This document shows positions 12,079-24,195 of a stretch of 64,000 nucleotides of DNA, one piece after another. The notes under the pieces were generated by a model that was not told the DNA's origin, searched no databases, and saw nothing but the letters and a program-made list of their open reading frames with translations. The stretch is from assembly GCF_006345805.1 (NCBI RefSeq), contig NW_021833075.1:19789-83788 (forward strand). Direction: 5' to 3'. Numbering within the stretch: the stretch's first letter is position 1; each line of letters begins with the position of its first letter. Origin of the DNA: Octopus sinensis (lineage: Eukaryota). The translations under genes and the position numbers were made by a program.

Positions 12079-12900
12079 ATAGCGCCAACAGCAACACCAA
12101 CATCTACTGTGACCGACTCGGTCACAGTAGATGTTGTGAAAATAGTATTCTGATATATAGACTTTTGTTGGATTGTTAAATCTCAATGTAATCCGCACAA
12201 CAGTAAATTACATGCAATAACAATCGTACTTGCTTTCATTCAAGATATTCTTCAATGTATTTCATACTCTCCCCCTCACCAACCTCCCACTTACACATAT
12301 CTATATAAGCACGCGTAAACACACACACACACACACACACTGGCTGGCACAAAAGCAAACAAAATATCCCTCCTATAAATTCAAACATAATGTAATTAAA
12401 AAAAAGAAACCTAGTTTCTGCTGTCAAGGGCACATGGACTATTTTACAGAACAGATTTGAAATATAATGCCAAAAATCACGACCACTATAACCACTGCAG
12501 CAGCAACACCTCCACTACCATCGTCACAAAATCCACCACCACCACCACTAGACAAACCACCGTCGACGCTACCAACCTCTCCGCCGACACCACTAACGCA
12601 TTCACTAGTTTCCTCAAATCCACGAAACCTCTTCTAGGACAACGTCACCACCACTAATACTATCATTGTCCTACGCGAAACTATTACTAAGACCACTGCT
12701 CTCTTTGATACCCCCATCTCTATCTCTCCCCCTCACGCACACACACACACATACACGTATACATGCATACATACATGTATATATACATAATATATATGCA
12801 CACATATATATATACACACATATATATATATGTATGTATATATATATAAATACACATATATACACGTGCGTGGGCACTCACCCCTTCCCCACACATATAT

Positions 12901-13029
12901 AGGTGGCTGTATCAAATGGTTCCGGGTTCAGTCCCACTGCATGGCACCTTGGGCGAGTTAGTTCTACTGTAGCCCCGGGCCGAAGTTAGCCTTGTGTGGA
13001 TTTAGTAGATGAAAACTGAAAGAAGTCTG

Positions 13030-13074
<45 letters not shown>

Positions 13075-13124
13075 ACACACACACAGACACACACACACAG
13101 ACACACACAGACACACACACACAC

Positions 13125-13163
<39 letters not shown>
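12901..13163 (+). mobile_element. Degenerate 5' half of SINE family A running into (CA)n
   Basis: TGGTTCCGGGTTCAGTCCCACTGC...GAAAACTGAAAGAAG followed by a (CA)n tract. Confidence 0.65.
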
Positions 13164-13164
<1 letters not shown>

Positions 13165-13967
13165 AGCCCTAAAATGTCAGGAGGTATGAGAGGTGAATAT
13201 ATTTATTTAACCGCTTGTCATACTTAGGATTATGACCGTCTTGCAGCCTTTAACGAACAGTAATAATTGCAGAGTATAATAAATAATTTTACTTGTCTGC
13301 ACTAATGTGCATGCTACGCATTATACAATACGCTTGTATATTTATAAATCAGTACAAATAAAGAAAGCTAGCTCATCAGATCACTAGAACATCATGGCTA
13401 TACCAATTCTTTAACTCTAAGTATACATCTTTACAATTTACTCTTTATACAATTTACTCTTTACATATATAATGTATGGAAGGCTGATACTAGATGAATG
13501 TAGCTTGATATGGCTATTGAAAATAAACATAAATAATAAAGATATTTTGTTTCATGTCGCTTAAGGTGTTTGATCTACGTTCAGTGAATGGACTATACCC
13601 AATATTTACAAAAGACTGGAAGAGATAGGAGGGGAATCAAAGTAGTTACATTAATTATAAGAAAAAATTAGAAAGTATATAAAAGTACTATAAAAATGTA
13701 ATAAAATATAATTTAAATGAATTCAAAAGAAAAGAGACAGCCTAAGATTAAACTAAAAAATAGTATTAAACAAAAATATTTTCAAATTGGGTTACAGGTC
13801 AGAAGACCTCAAAATATTTTCTATCCAAATGAATTGTGAAACCAAAACAGTATTTACATCTACATAGAAGCATACACATCACTAAATGCATACAAAACCT
13901 CATACATACATATGCACACAATATAAATATGAATATACTTACACACCTCTATGTATAAGGATATGTA

Positions 13968-14850
13968 CGAGGTGGGTTCGAGAAACATCTAACCGTATTT
14001 TCTCGCCAAAACTAATGCCGTGTGTATAAAATCTTTTGGGTGGGATATGACGCAACCCTTCCTGCGCATGTATGAATATTTTTGCTCCAGTGGGCCACTT
14101 CACTTCCCGGCTGTTACGCCTAGAGGAAAAGCTGTGTAGCGCACGCTCATCGGATTTTCGTTTTCTCGGGGTATGATGACCGAATGGATCGAGCTGAGAC
14201 CAAAAACCCATGTGTTATCACGAGTGACGATAGTCTTTATGAAGTCTGGGTGAAGGTTTCCACATCTTGAGTGATTTCCATGCATATCCTGAGTGATTTC
14301 CATGCGGAGTTGCTTCTGTTACTCTGCCAGCACCTTGGGGAACGAGTTTCTCCGACACTCTCTGCATGCACAAATCCTTCGTTAAAATGGATTGTACTGG
14401 TCCTGTGCCTATTCCCACTTCGTGGGCAATTTCCTGGGTTGTTACACGACGGTCGTCTATGGCCATTTACCAAATCTTCTCAATCTGTTCTTCGTTTCGG
14501 CTGGTGGATGGCCTGTCTGAGCGTGCCTCCATCTCCATTGAGGTGGTTGAAGCGGTTGTACCACTCCAAGATCTGAGATTTTCCCATGACATCATCGCCA
14601 AAGACCTACTGAATCTTCTGGATAGTTTGAGCTTGAATATCACCAAGCCTTTTACGAAACTTGATGTAATGTCCCTGCTCCGTGTATTTGGTAAAAACGA
14701 AAATCCGACGAATGCGCATTTAACTTCTGCACTCTAGGAGGCATAACAACCAGGAACTGAGGCAGTCTATCGGCGTGCAAATTTTAGTGATACGCAGAAA
14801 GGGTGGCGTCATCTCTCACTCTAAAAATTTTGCCCACACATGCTTCCAGT
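13968..14850 (-). mobile_element. Internally deleted mariner with long imperfect inverted repeats
   Basis: Minus translation EQGHYIKF..FGDDVMGKSQILEWYNRF..SDRPSTSRN..DDRRVTTQEIAHEVGI..LTKDLCMQRVSEKLVP and IVTRDNTWVF (cf. IVTGDETWV). Left end TA|CGAGGT; ~14020-14170 is an inverted match of ~14695-14845. Confidence 0.85.
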
Positions 14851-15655
14851 GTGCTTGTTCAAATACAATCAATACGAATACGTAGATTATAATATTTAAA
14901 ACATTTTCTTTGCCTCTGTGTGTTTGTGTGTGTGTATGTGTGTGTGTGTGTGAGTATGTGTGTTTATGCATATGTGCGTGAAGTGAAAAGGTTTCAAGAA
15001 CAGATGAAACGAAGTAACGTTATAAAAGGAGACACACATTCTAATGTTAGTCTATCGCTCACACTAAGAATAAAGCGTTCTACGTTTCGGGTATTAGGGC
15101 TCCTTCAGTTATAAGCCGAAAAGAAAAGCACGGTATTACAGATTGTGGTTCAGGTAGCATGATGTAGTTAGTTGGACATTGGAAGACTTCGTTTGAACGT
15201 CGGATAAAGTACTTTGCAGAACTAGTTTCATATCTAGATTTTTTCCTCACTTAGTAAAACAAGACATACACACACCAACACACACAAACACACTTAAACA
15301 CATATGTATCTGCATACATATATATAAAAAATATATATACTTACATATAAGAGACCAAAGTGTACGTACGCCGCTTGTATTTTTATGTATATATATATAT
15401 ATATATAACGATGAATAACCTTCGCGTAAACACTGGTTCCTTTTGTTCTCTTACTTTATTATCATCTTATAATCATCTCATAATAATGACCTTTATGACT
15501 CGTATTACTACCTCAGTCAATCTAAATGTATATATTTGTCACTACCTGTCATAAATAAAGCCTTTTTCTATTTGCAATATGCATTTTCGTTGATTTTTTA
15601 TATTTTACCCTTACATTTCCACGTGTATTTTATATTTTCTTTTCGTAACATATTC

Positions 15656-15725
<70 letters not shown>

Positions 15726-15826
15726 TATATATATAAATATAAGGATAAGATCGTTATTTAAATACCTATCTTATCAGGTGGCCAGCATGGGAATAAAAAC
15801 CTTCAAAGGTAATAATTATTATTCAA

Positions 15827-16007
15827 ATTATAATTTAGGGTATCTAAGAGATACCACCATGCTGGAAATAGCACATTAAAACCACATTCCTCTAAATAGC
15901 ACATTAAAACCACATTGATTCTAAAACCACATTAATGTGGTTTTAGAATCAAGTTTTGGTTGCTATTTCCAGCGTGGTGGTATCTCTTAGATACCCTAGA
16001 TTATAAT
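15827..16007. repeat. Foldback/MITE-like palindromic element
   Basis: 47-bp inverted arms (15827-15873, 15961-16007; 2 mismatches) around a perfect 38-bp palindrome (15915-15952). Confidence 0.85.
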
Positions 16008-16059
16008 ATAAATTATATATGTATATATATATATATATATAAATTATATATGTATATAT

Positions 16060-16108
<49 letters not shown>

Positions 16109-16362
16109 AATGAAAGACGGAAGATGGAATCTAGCATCTATCCCTCACGGTTGGGACACTCAATAACTGGTTCAGGAGCATCTATTTATCACTCGATGAG
16201 AAACATCGGGTGATAAATAGACACAACTCGTTAAAATAACAGTTCTGCAATGTAACTTTCCTTTTGTAGAAAGAAAAGCATCCAGACGGAGGAAATATCT
16301 TCATTTACATAGAAGATCAAAAATAAAACACACAATACAGCAAGGAAAGTATTAAAAAATAA

Positions 16363-16598
16363 CCTATTTCTTTATTACCCACAAGGGGCTAAACATAGAG
16401 GGGACAAACAAGGACAGACATAGGTATTAAGTCGATTATATCGACCCCAGTGCGTAACTGGTACTTAATTTATCGACCCCGAAAGGATGAAAGGCAAAGT
16501 CGACCTCGGCGGAATTTGAACTCGCAACGTAACGGCAGACGAAATATCGCTAAGCATTTCGCCCGGCATGCTAACGTTTCTGCCAGCTCGCCGCCTTA
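16363..16598 (-). mobile_element. SINE family B (head + alpha unit), little diverged
   Basis: Close match to the array units at 42.3-43.1 kb. Confidence 0.9.
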
Positions 16599-16599
16599 A

Positions 16600-17720
16600 A
16601 AAAATAACCGTTAGCAAATATGGATGCATAAATGCCCTCGAGTAAGCTGCATGGCGCAGGTGCACTCGCTCATACAAGTATCCGCAAAAATGTGAGCATA
16701 CGCACACGTGAGATTTGGTGAACTCATGATCACAAAACGAGTTAACTATGTACTCGGTGTTTGTAAGAATGAGATTAGAAGTAAATTTAAGTCATCCATA
16801 CCTTAAAGTAAATTATGATAACAGTTACTCAATATTCATTCCTACTGCTTTGTGCAAAAGTACATTTATATGCGTGTAGGCATCTCGAGAGTCTTTCAGA
16901 AAGTATATTAAAGATCTCATCAGTCCACAGAATAGACAGGGATTTGTCGGAGCAGAGACGGCATCTTCTGGAAATTATATTTTATGTTTTCGCGTGCCTT
17001 ACTATGGACCAAGTTATGCTATACTTCATATTATCCTCCTTCAGTCGCCATGCAATATCGGCCAAAGATGTTGAATGTCTCATGTTGATTGTCTTAAAGT
17101 TGGCAACATGATTACGATAACCATTCTTAAATGAATCAGCCAATGTTAACATACGGCCCTCCCCTTGTGCACACGGTGCATTTATATACAAGATTTGTAC
17201 TCATACAGAGATTCATCAATGGACATTTTGATTTTTCTCTGTATGAGCACTTATCGTATTTAATTGTATATAATGCAGTCCCGACTCCATTTACCGATGT
17301 TGTTACCGTGTTTACTGTATCATAAATATTTCTACTGTTACGATTTGGCCATAATTGGTATTATTCATTACGGTTTATATCACCTTTGCTAGTATTTAGA
17401 TGCGTATTTTCGCTAGATCCAATAGGTGGGTTATTGAACTTTTGTCACATTTTGCTGTTGTTTATGCGATGCTTAAGCTGCTCTACATTAGCAGAGTTGG
17501 TCTAAGATACCGTCACGGTGTGCCGATTAAAAATAGCATGATACCGATTAGATTTGTAAAAAAAACATTTGTCCAAAGCAGCAAAAAATTTTCCAGCGAT
17601 CTTGGTTGAAACATGCGAACAGAAATTCGGGTTCAACAAGAGGACAATCTGCCTCCTATATCTGTTGTTAGGCTTATTTGATCCAGTACAGTACTGAAAC
17701 AAGCAGTTGGATAATTATTT
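16600..17720 (-). mobile_element. Decayed Penelope-like element, C-terminal GIY-YIG region
   Basis: Minus translation with frameshifts: RRQIVLLLNPNF..KFFAALDKCF..HAIFNRHTVTVS; CSYREKSKCPLMNLCMSTNLVYKCTV; SFKNGYRNHVANF..HSTSLA..WRLKE..YSITWSI..CRLCSDK..SRCLH. These match PLE C-terminal motifs. Confidence 0.8.
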
Positions 17721-17970
17721 CGTGTGTGTCTATGAGTTTTCATTGGTAGTTCATTGACATGACCAATTCTTCCTGGCCTGTATTCTCTATCTCAGTGAGT
17801 TTTCAAACCGTGACGTTGTGATGGTGTACAATGTGTATTACAATTGGGGAATTATCAGTGTTGAATATGACTGCTTCTTGTATATATTCAATTTTTTCAC
17901 GGTACCCAGTCCTAGCTAGAGCAGTATTATAATAAGTTGCATATGATATATACATCTACATATATTTATA

Positions 17971-18009
<39 letters not shown>

Positions 18010-18115
18010 TCACACACACATACGTAGATCATTTAGTTTACTGTTTCCATTATGGTAAGATCAGCAAAAAAAATTCTCCATCCAGTGAGTATACACTGTA
18101 TTAAAATACAATTTG

Positions 18116-18445
18116 TTGCCGTGAAGACACGTGGCTAGACACGTTTTTATAACATGCCTTGTGTTTCCAGCAGTCTTTAGACTCTGATCACAGCTTGTTC
18201 TATTTGAAAATCAGGACACTGGTACATGAGAAAGCGCGAGAGGAAAACGAGAAGAGTGATACCAAAAGTAGAATGAGAAGACAAAAAAGGGAATGAAAAT
18301 GGAGAAGCAAAGGAAAGAACAGACAGAAATTTGGGGTTACGTAGAAGTCAGAATTAACCTGTTGTTGTAGAATGGTTCAACGAAGATTGCTTAGAGACAC
18401 AAGGCACGTTATAAAAACCTGTCTAGATACGTGTCTCCTCGACAA
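18116..18445. mobile_element. Candidate MITE with ~60-bp imperfect terminal inverted repeats
   Basis: GAAGACACGTGGCTAGACACGTTTTTATAACATGCCTTGTG (left) is the reverse complement, with several mismatches, of CACAAGGCACGTTATAAAAACCTGTCTAGATACGTGTCTCC (right); purine-rich ~200-bp interior. Confidence 0.55.
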
Positions 18446-18548
18446 GAAACTATTAGTAGCTCTTATTTTAATATATTGTACAGTAAATGATAAATATATA
18501 TTACGTATATGTATACATACCAGTCTGTGTGTTCGTGTGTGTCTGTTT

Positions 18549-18564
18549 GTCTATCTATCTATCA

Positions 18565-18655
<91 letters not shown>

Positions 18656-18659
18656 CATC

Positions 18660-18730
<71 letters not shown>

Positions 18731-18735
18731 AATCT
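18549..18735. repeat. (TATC)n microsatellite
   Basis: Direct reading. Similar tracts at 50866-51030, 59140-59300 and 63807-63870. Confidence 0.95.
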
Positions 18736-19562
18736 ACCTATATAGCAATTTGTGTGAATGTAATTCAACAGACTTATGCACCTCCAGTACTTGAATATGA
18801 TGGGTTAATGTTAACTAGGCTATTACATATTAAATTACACAACTAAGCGTACGTAGCAAATAGTTATACAGTGTATGTAACTATACTGTATATAGTAATG
18901 CAAAATACATAATCACTTTATAAGGTGGTGATATTAAACGTGTGTTGGTATTATACTGCAGAATATTCTGTTCAGAGAAGTTATGGCTTTAAGACAGAAT
19001 ATTATTTTCTGGAGATAAATATTTTGTGTGAACAACCACAACAGTTTTATAATAACCTGCTTCGTAATATGTCCTGGAGGTGAATTATATTTTCCTCTAT
19101 CTCACAGAAGTAGGTCATATATACATGTACACGGTTTTAAATTACATTATATTTTGGAGAATTTTCATAAGTCCCATATTATAGTAGATGAATGATTTTT
19201 GTTGTTGTTATTATAGTATTTTCAGGCGGATTTGGGCAAGATTTCCACGTGTATCAGTTACTAATATATTTAATCCCTCTAGACTACGTGTAACCTATTA
19301 ATCTAAGGTGCAGATGAGGAAACTAAATCGTTGTTTTGCTTTCGTGGATATGCTCTCATTGTTTTGATAACAGCATTTTTGCCGTCTGCTGGGTTTTTAA
19401 TTTCGACTAGAGTCACTTCTAGTAAACTTTGCAAAAACTGTATTTTTGAATTACTTCACGAACTCCCTATATTTTTCTGGTATTTGGTTATTTTTTTTCC
19501 TTAAAAAAATTATCGAAGAACAGAATTAATGGCGCTATTCTGGCCAGGATAATTTATTCTAA

Positions 19563-19956
19563 TCTTTATATATAAAACTGTAGTTGTGTGAGTGTCTGTC
19601 CCCTTCGATTTAGATTCCTAACTACTCCCACATTTTGCGGTGCAGTTTAACCAAAACCGGGTATATTATAGTCGTGATTCATATCGAGCCCTTCTGGGTA
19701 TTAGCATTTGTCTACGATGAGTCTACGATTTTAAAAATAATTTACCATCATTTTTTTCCATTTTCATGCATATTTTTTTTAAAGGGAACTAACTCTCTAA
19801 AAATGTCTACGATGAGTCAACGATTTAAAAAAAATTTACCATCATATTTTTTCCATTTTTAATGCATTTTTTTGCTATTTTTTGGCTATAACTCTCTAAA
19901 AATGCTGTATAGTTATTTCCCTTACAAACCCGAGCAACGCCGGGCGATACTGCTAG
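19563..19956 (+). mobile_element. Non-autonomous Helitron
   Basis: A|TCTTTATATATAAAA...CCCGAGCAACGCCGGG hairpin (19929-19944)...CTAG|T: canonical 5'-TC, 3' hairpin + CTAG, inserted at AT with no TSD. Confidence 0.85.
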
Positions 19957-20417
19957 TATCTTTTAAAATAACATGTCCATTTAAAATTTACTGCTTTTTA
20001 AACAACCAAGAACTGGTATTGTATCCAAAATAAAAATATAATTTGACATATATTCAATCGTATAGATTTCGAAGGAGTAATGTATGTTTTAAGAATTACA
20101 TTAAAAATAATAAGTGAATAATAATTAAATTAACAGTTATCAGACGAAGAGTCTGACAGAATAAGAAGCAATAGACATAAATTAGTTTTTCCTAATTATT
20201 TTACATTTCAGTTATTCTACTCTGCACTCAAATGTATTTCTGTATATATTCGCTGGCAACAGCTGCCTTCAAATTCGTCTTCGTTACTCCAATATTTTTC
20301 TTAGGTGTCAAAGGTTTCTATGTTCATCTCGCAGTTTCTTTTTCATTCTATACGGTAAATAACAAAGGTTGAGAAAGCAAATAAGCACGTCGTAACTTCG
20401 AGAATAACAGATTTCTC

Positions 20418-20457
20418 TACAACAACAACAACAACAGTAGTAGTAGTAGTGGTAGTG

Positions 20458-20523
<66 letters not shown>

Positions 20524-20595
20524 TTAGTGGTAGTAGTAGTAGTAGTAGTAGTAATAATAATAATAATAATAATAATGATAATAATGATAATGATG

Positions 20596-20649
<54 letters not shown>

Positions 20650-20698
20650 GTAATAATAATAATGATAATGATAATAATAATGTTGATAATAATAATAA
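20418..20698. repeat. Compound trinucleotide microsatellite (CAA)(TAG/TGG)(TAA/TGA)
   Basis: Direct reading; source of the poly-I/T/V/L/Y pseudo-ORFs. Confidence 0.95.
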
Positions 20699-21115
20699 AG
20701 GAAAGAAGAAACAGTTGAAATATTGCCAAGATACATCGAAAAAATGATAAATAGTATGAAAACCAACAACAGTTTGCAAGCGATAAGAATACCTGTAGCT
20801 AGTAAAACAAGAAAGGAAAGAAGTAAAAAAACAATAATTGTAAATTAATGTCAGTTGTAGTAATTACAACAACCGCAAAAACAGTGACAATAAAAAAGAT
20901 GTAAGAAGCAACGATCTGTCTCATAGTTTTATCAAAATTGCTAATATAACGCATGTTTAAGCACTGTATATTATACCCCATATTCTGTACAATAACAATT
21001 TCTTAAGTTGTGATAAAGGCAAAAGCTCAAATCTTTCAAGACATACATATACACGGATAGTCTTATAAAACAGAAGGATATACACAGATTTCACACAGGT
21101 TTAAATCCCCACCAC

Positions 21116-21156
<41 letters not shown>

Positions 21157-21409
21157 AGAGAGAGAGAAAGAAAGAGAACTAGAAACAGACAGAATGAGAG
21201 GGGAGGGAAAGGGGATAGAGATGCGCACAAAATGTATGCCTCAATATGTGTACGTTTTCTTTATTTATTGGAAACCTCTAAGTAATCGTGGCAGTTTGTT
21301 GTTAACGATCTGTCTTCAGTTAAAATAATAAGATGTTTGTCGTTTGTCGAAGGAGAGTAGTTTCATCATTGCCACTTTAGTCTCCCACTGTTTCGTCTAT
21401 CATTGCAAC

Positions 21410-21448
<39 letters not shown>

Positions 21449-21960
21449 TGTTTGTTTTCTAATTTTCTTTCATGCCAATCTACACAGAACTAATTTTATC
21501 ATTCTTTTCTTTCACACTTTTTTCTATTTATCTCTTTCTCACATCTTTTCTTCACACCTTCCTTCCCTCAATACAAGTTGCATTCTTATTTTTTTTGTTG
21601 TTTTATCAAAAAAACAAATATATATTCTTCGTTTACTTTTCCTTTTACTTGTTTTCGTCTTCAATTTCCCCCTTTGGTCTTAAGAGCCAACTTTTGCTCT
21701 CTGATATCCAACTAGAAAACACAATACACTTACGCAATAATCAGTTCATTTCCTGTCGAGTTTGTTTGTTTTGTATTACATGTTATTTGTTTTCATTTCA
21801 TGGAATGGAGCATTCAACGTATTTGATGAGGCATGCACTTTTACATAATTATACTTTAAAATAATAAATTTATCACAGAATGCATTGGGAATTTATTTCA
21901 AAGGAAAATTGTTAAACGGCATACTTCAAAGATGTAAAAGATAAATTTATTAACCGCTAG

Positions 21961-22278
21961 GTAAACATGTCTGAAAGATCCGCTCCTTTTGAAAAAGAGC
22001 ATCTGAAATCTATTGCTTCTGAGAAAAAGAAGGGTTGGCGAATTATTGCTCTTGAATTAACTTCAGACTTATTTCTTTCCCTGTCCTGAGAGAGTGTTAT
22101 TAGATACCCAGGAGATCATAGGCTCTGTTCCAAGAGGTTTTTTAGCTCAGACTTAGGTAAAAAATATATATTAGAGGGAGTGTATAAGAGGGAGCTAACA
22201 TTTTCCATGAGTTATAGGTTGATTTTAACAGAAATAATATGCATTCGGAGGATTCATCAAAACCTTTTTACTTTAAAG
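21961..22278 (+). pseudogene. Coding-like 318-bp segment with a single in-frame stop; weak death-domain-like motif
   Basis: TAG|GTAAACATG...AAG|GTAAAA; 106 codons with one TGA (22087-22089); HLKSIASE..GWRIIALEL..YPGD. Family not established. Confidence 0.25.
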
Positions 22279-22908
22279 GTAAAAGACTGATTTTTTTCAG
22301 CTTGATTCCGAAATAAATGCTAATTGTAATCAAATATTACATTAACATTAATCTCACCCTATGACTTCTTTATGACAATAAAACACACCAGACGCAACTA
22401 AATACATAAATCAGAATAAGGCTGCTAGTACTGTTGGCTTCAAGTTTTTGGTGGAACATTTTATTTGGAAATGGTAATCTAAATTGAATAGTCCAGAAAA
22501 TTAGTATCATAAAGGAATATATTTGCCAAAATGAGGCAAACAAGATTAAAATATGTACCGCATGTACCCATACTTATCCATGACAGAATCTTATACGAAA
22601 CTTCTGAAATGTTTATTTGTTAAACTAAGTGTTTATTTGATTTGTAGAAAAATTAGTCTCATTAATTATGTATATGAATGTGAAAGTAGAGGAGTGGCAG
22701 AAACTGTAAAATGTCTAAAAGCCTTGCAGAGTCAAATTACAGATATTTCACGTTCTCAGATCATACCATGACTTTGCTTTTCATTCTTTCAGCGAATGAT
22801 AAAATATATACATCATGTTCAATTCTATTGTACTTTCCTTACAAAGACTAAGTTCTTGGCACATTTGTACTTTTCTGTTAATGCTGGAAAATCATTACGT
22901 GTGTGAGC

Positions 22909-22974
<66 letters not shown>

Positions 22975-22976
<2 letters not shown>

Positions 22977-23870
22977 AGGGCTCATCAATAAGTATCCAGA
23001 CTGTTGCCATAGTAACGAAGCTAAAGCACGCAGAGTGAAGCCGCTTGACACAGATTAACCTTGAACTCTGCTATGCAAGCAAACACAGTTTTAACGTTCT
23101 AGCTCACTGTTTACAGCAGTTCTTCGAAGGAAGGTGTGCAGCGTGTGATTGTGGTATTGACCATGACACAGAAAGTTGTTATGGCGATACCTGCTCAGAG
23201 GCCTACGCAAAGTTTTAGAAAGTGTATGGAGAAGAGTGTATGTGACGCACACATGTGTGTGAGTGGTTCAGACGTTTCCAAGATAGCCGAATAAATGTCG
23301 ATATTGATGAACGTTCTGGGAGACCCGCTACCAGCAGAACTGAGAAAAACATCGCAGATGTGCCTGCAACTGTGAGGAGAAATCGTTGAATTACCACCCG
23401 TGGGTTATCAGAAGATGTGCAGATTAGTTACAGTTCAGTTCAGTCCATTATCACTGAAGACTTGGGTATGAGACGCGTGTCTGCCAAGTTTTGCCAAAAT
23501 TCCTTTCAGCTGACCAAAAAGACACTCGGGTTTCAGTTGCACACGGTCTTGATTCTGTCGAGAACAAGGAAAATTTTTTTGAAAACTTAGCGTTGGCCTC
23601 TGAGCATGTGTCGCCAAGCTTTTGTCAAAATTTGATGCAGATTCTCTGCTCAACTTTCTCTGTCATGGCCACTGAGACGATCACACGCTACACACCTTAC
23701 TTTCAAGCACTGCAGTAAACAGAACGTTAAAACTTAGTGCGCATGCACAGCAGAGTTGAAGGTTATTCTGTGCCAAGCGGTTTTACTCTGCGTGCTTTAG
23801 CTTCGTTACTTGCGTGCTTTAGCTTCGTTACTATGACAACAGTCCGGAAAACCTTTTTGATCAGCCCTCG
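22975..23870 (+). mobile_element. Non-autonomous mariner deletion derivative with both TIRs
   Basis: Left CAAGGGCTCATCAATAAGTATCCAGACTGTTGCCATAGTAACGAAGCTAAAGCACGCA matches the reverse complement of the right end (...CAGCCCTCG|TA). The interior translates to EWFRRF..DERSGRP..ITEDLGMRRVSAKF/PK. Confidence 0.88.
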
Positions 23871-23902
<32 letters not shown>

Positions 23903-23984
23903 TGTATGTATGTATGTATGTATGTATGTATGTATGTATGTATTTATTTATGTATGTATGTATGTATGTATGTATGTATGTATG

Positions 23985-24068
<84 letters not shown>

Positions 24069-24103
24069 GTATATACATATATATATATCTATATATGTAT
24101 ATG

Positions 24104-24153
<50 letters not shown>

Positions 24154-24195
24154 CATACATACATACATACATAAATACATACATATATATATATA
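23871..24195. repeat. (TATG)n/(TA)n/(CATA)n microsatellite block
   Basis: Direct reading. Similar blocks at 30915-31235, 38030-38795 and 55850-55950. Confidence 0.95.

Noticed and set aside
12480-12660. Pro/Thr-rich frame resembling formin or mucin
   Set aside because: Degenerate (CAC)n low-complexity sequence without splice support.
15079-15110. Hammerhead-like CTGAAGG...CCCGAAACGTA (minus strand)
   Set aside because: Stems I and II do not pair; at best a heavily decayed relic.
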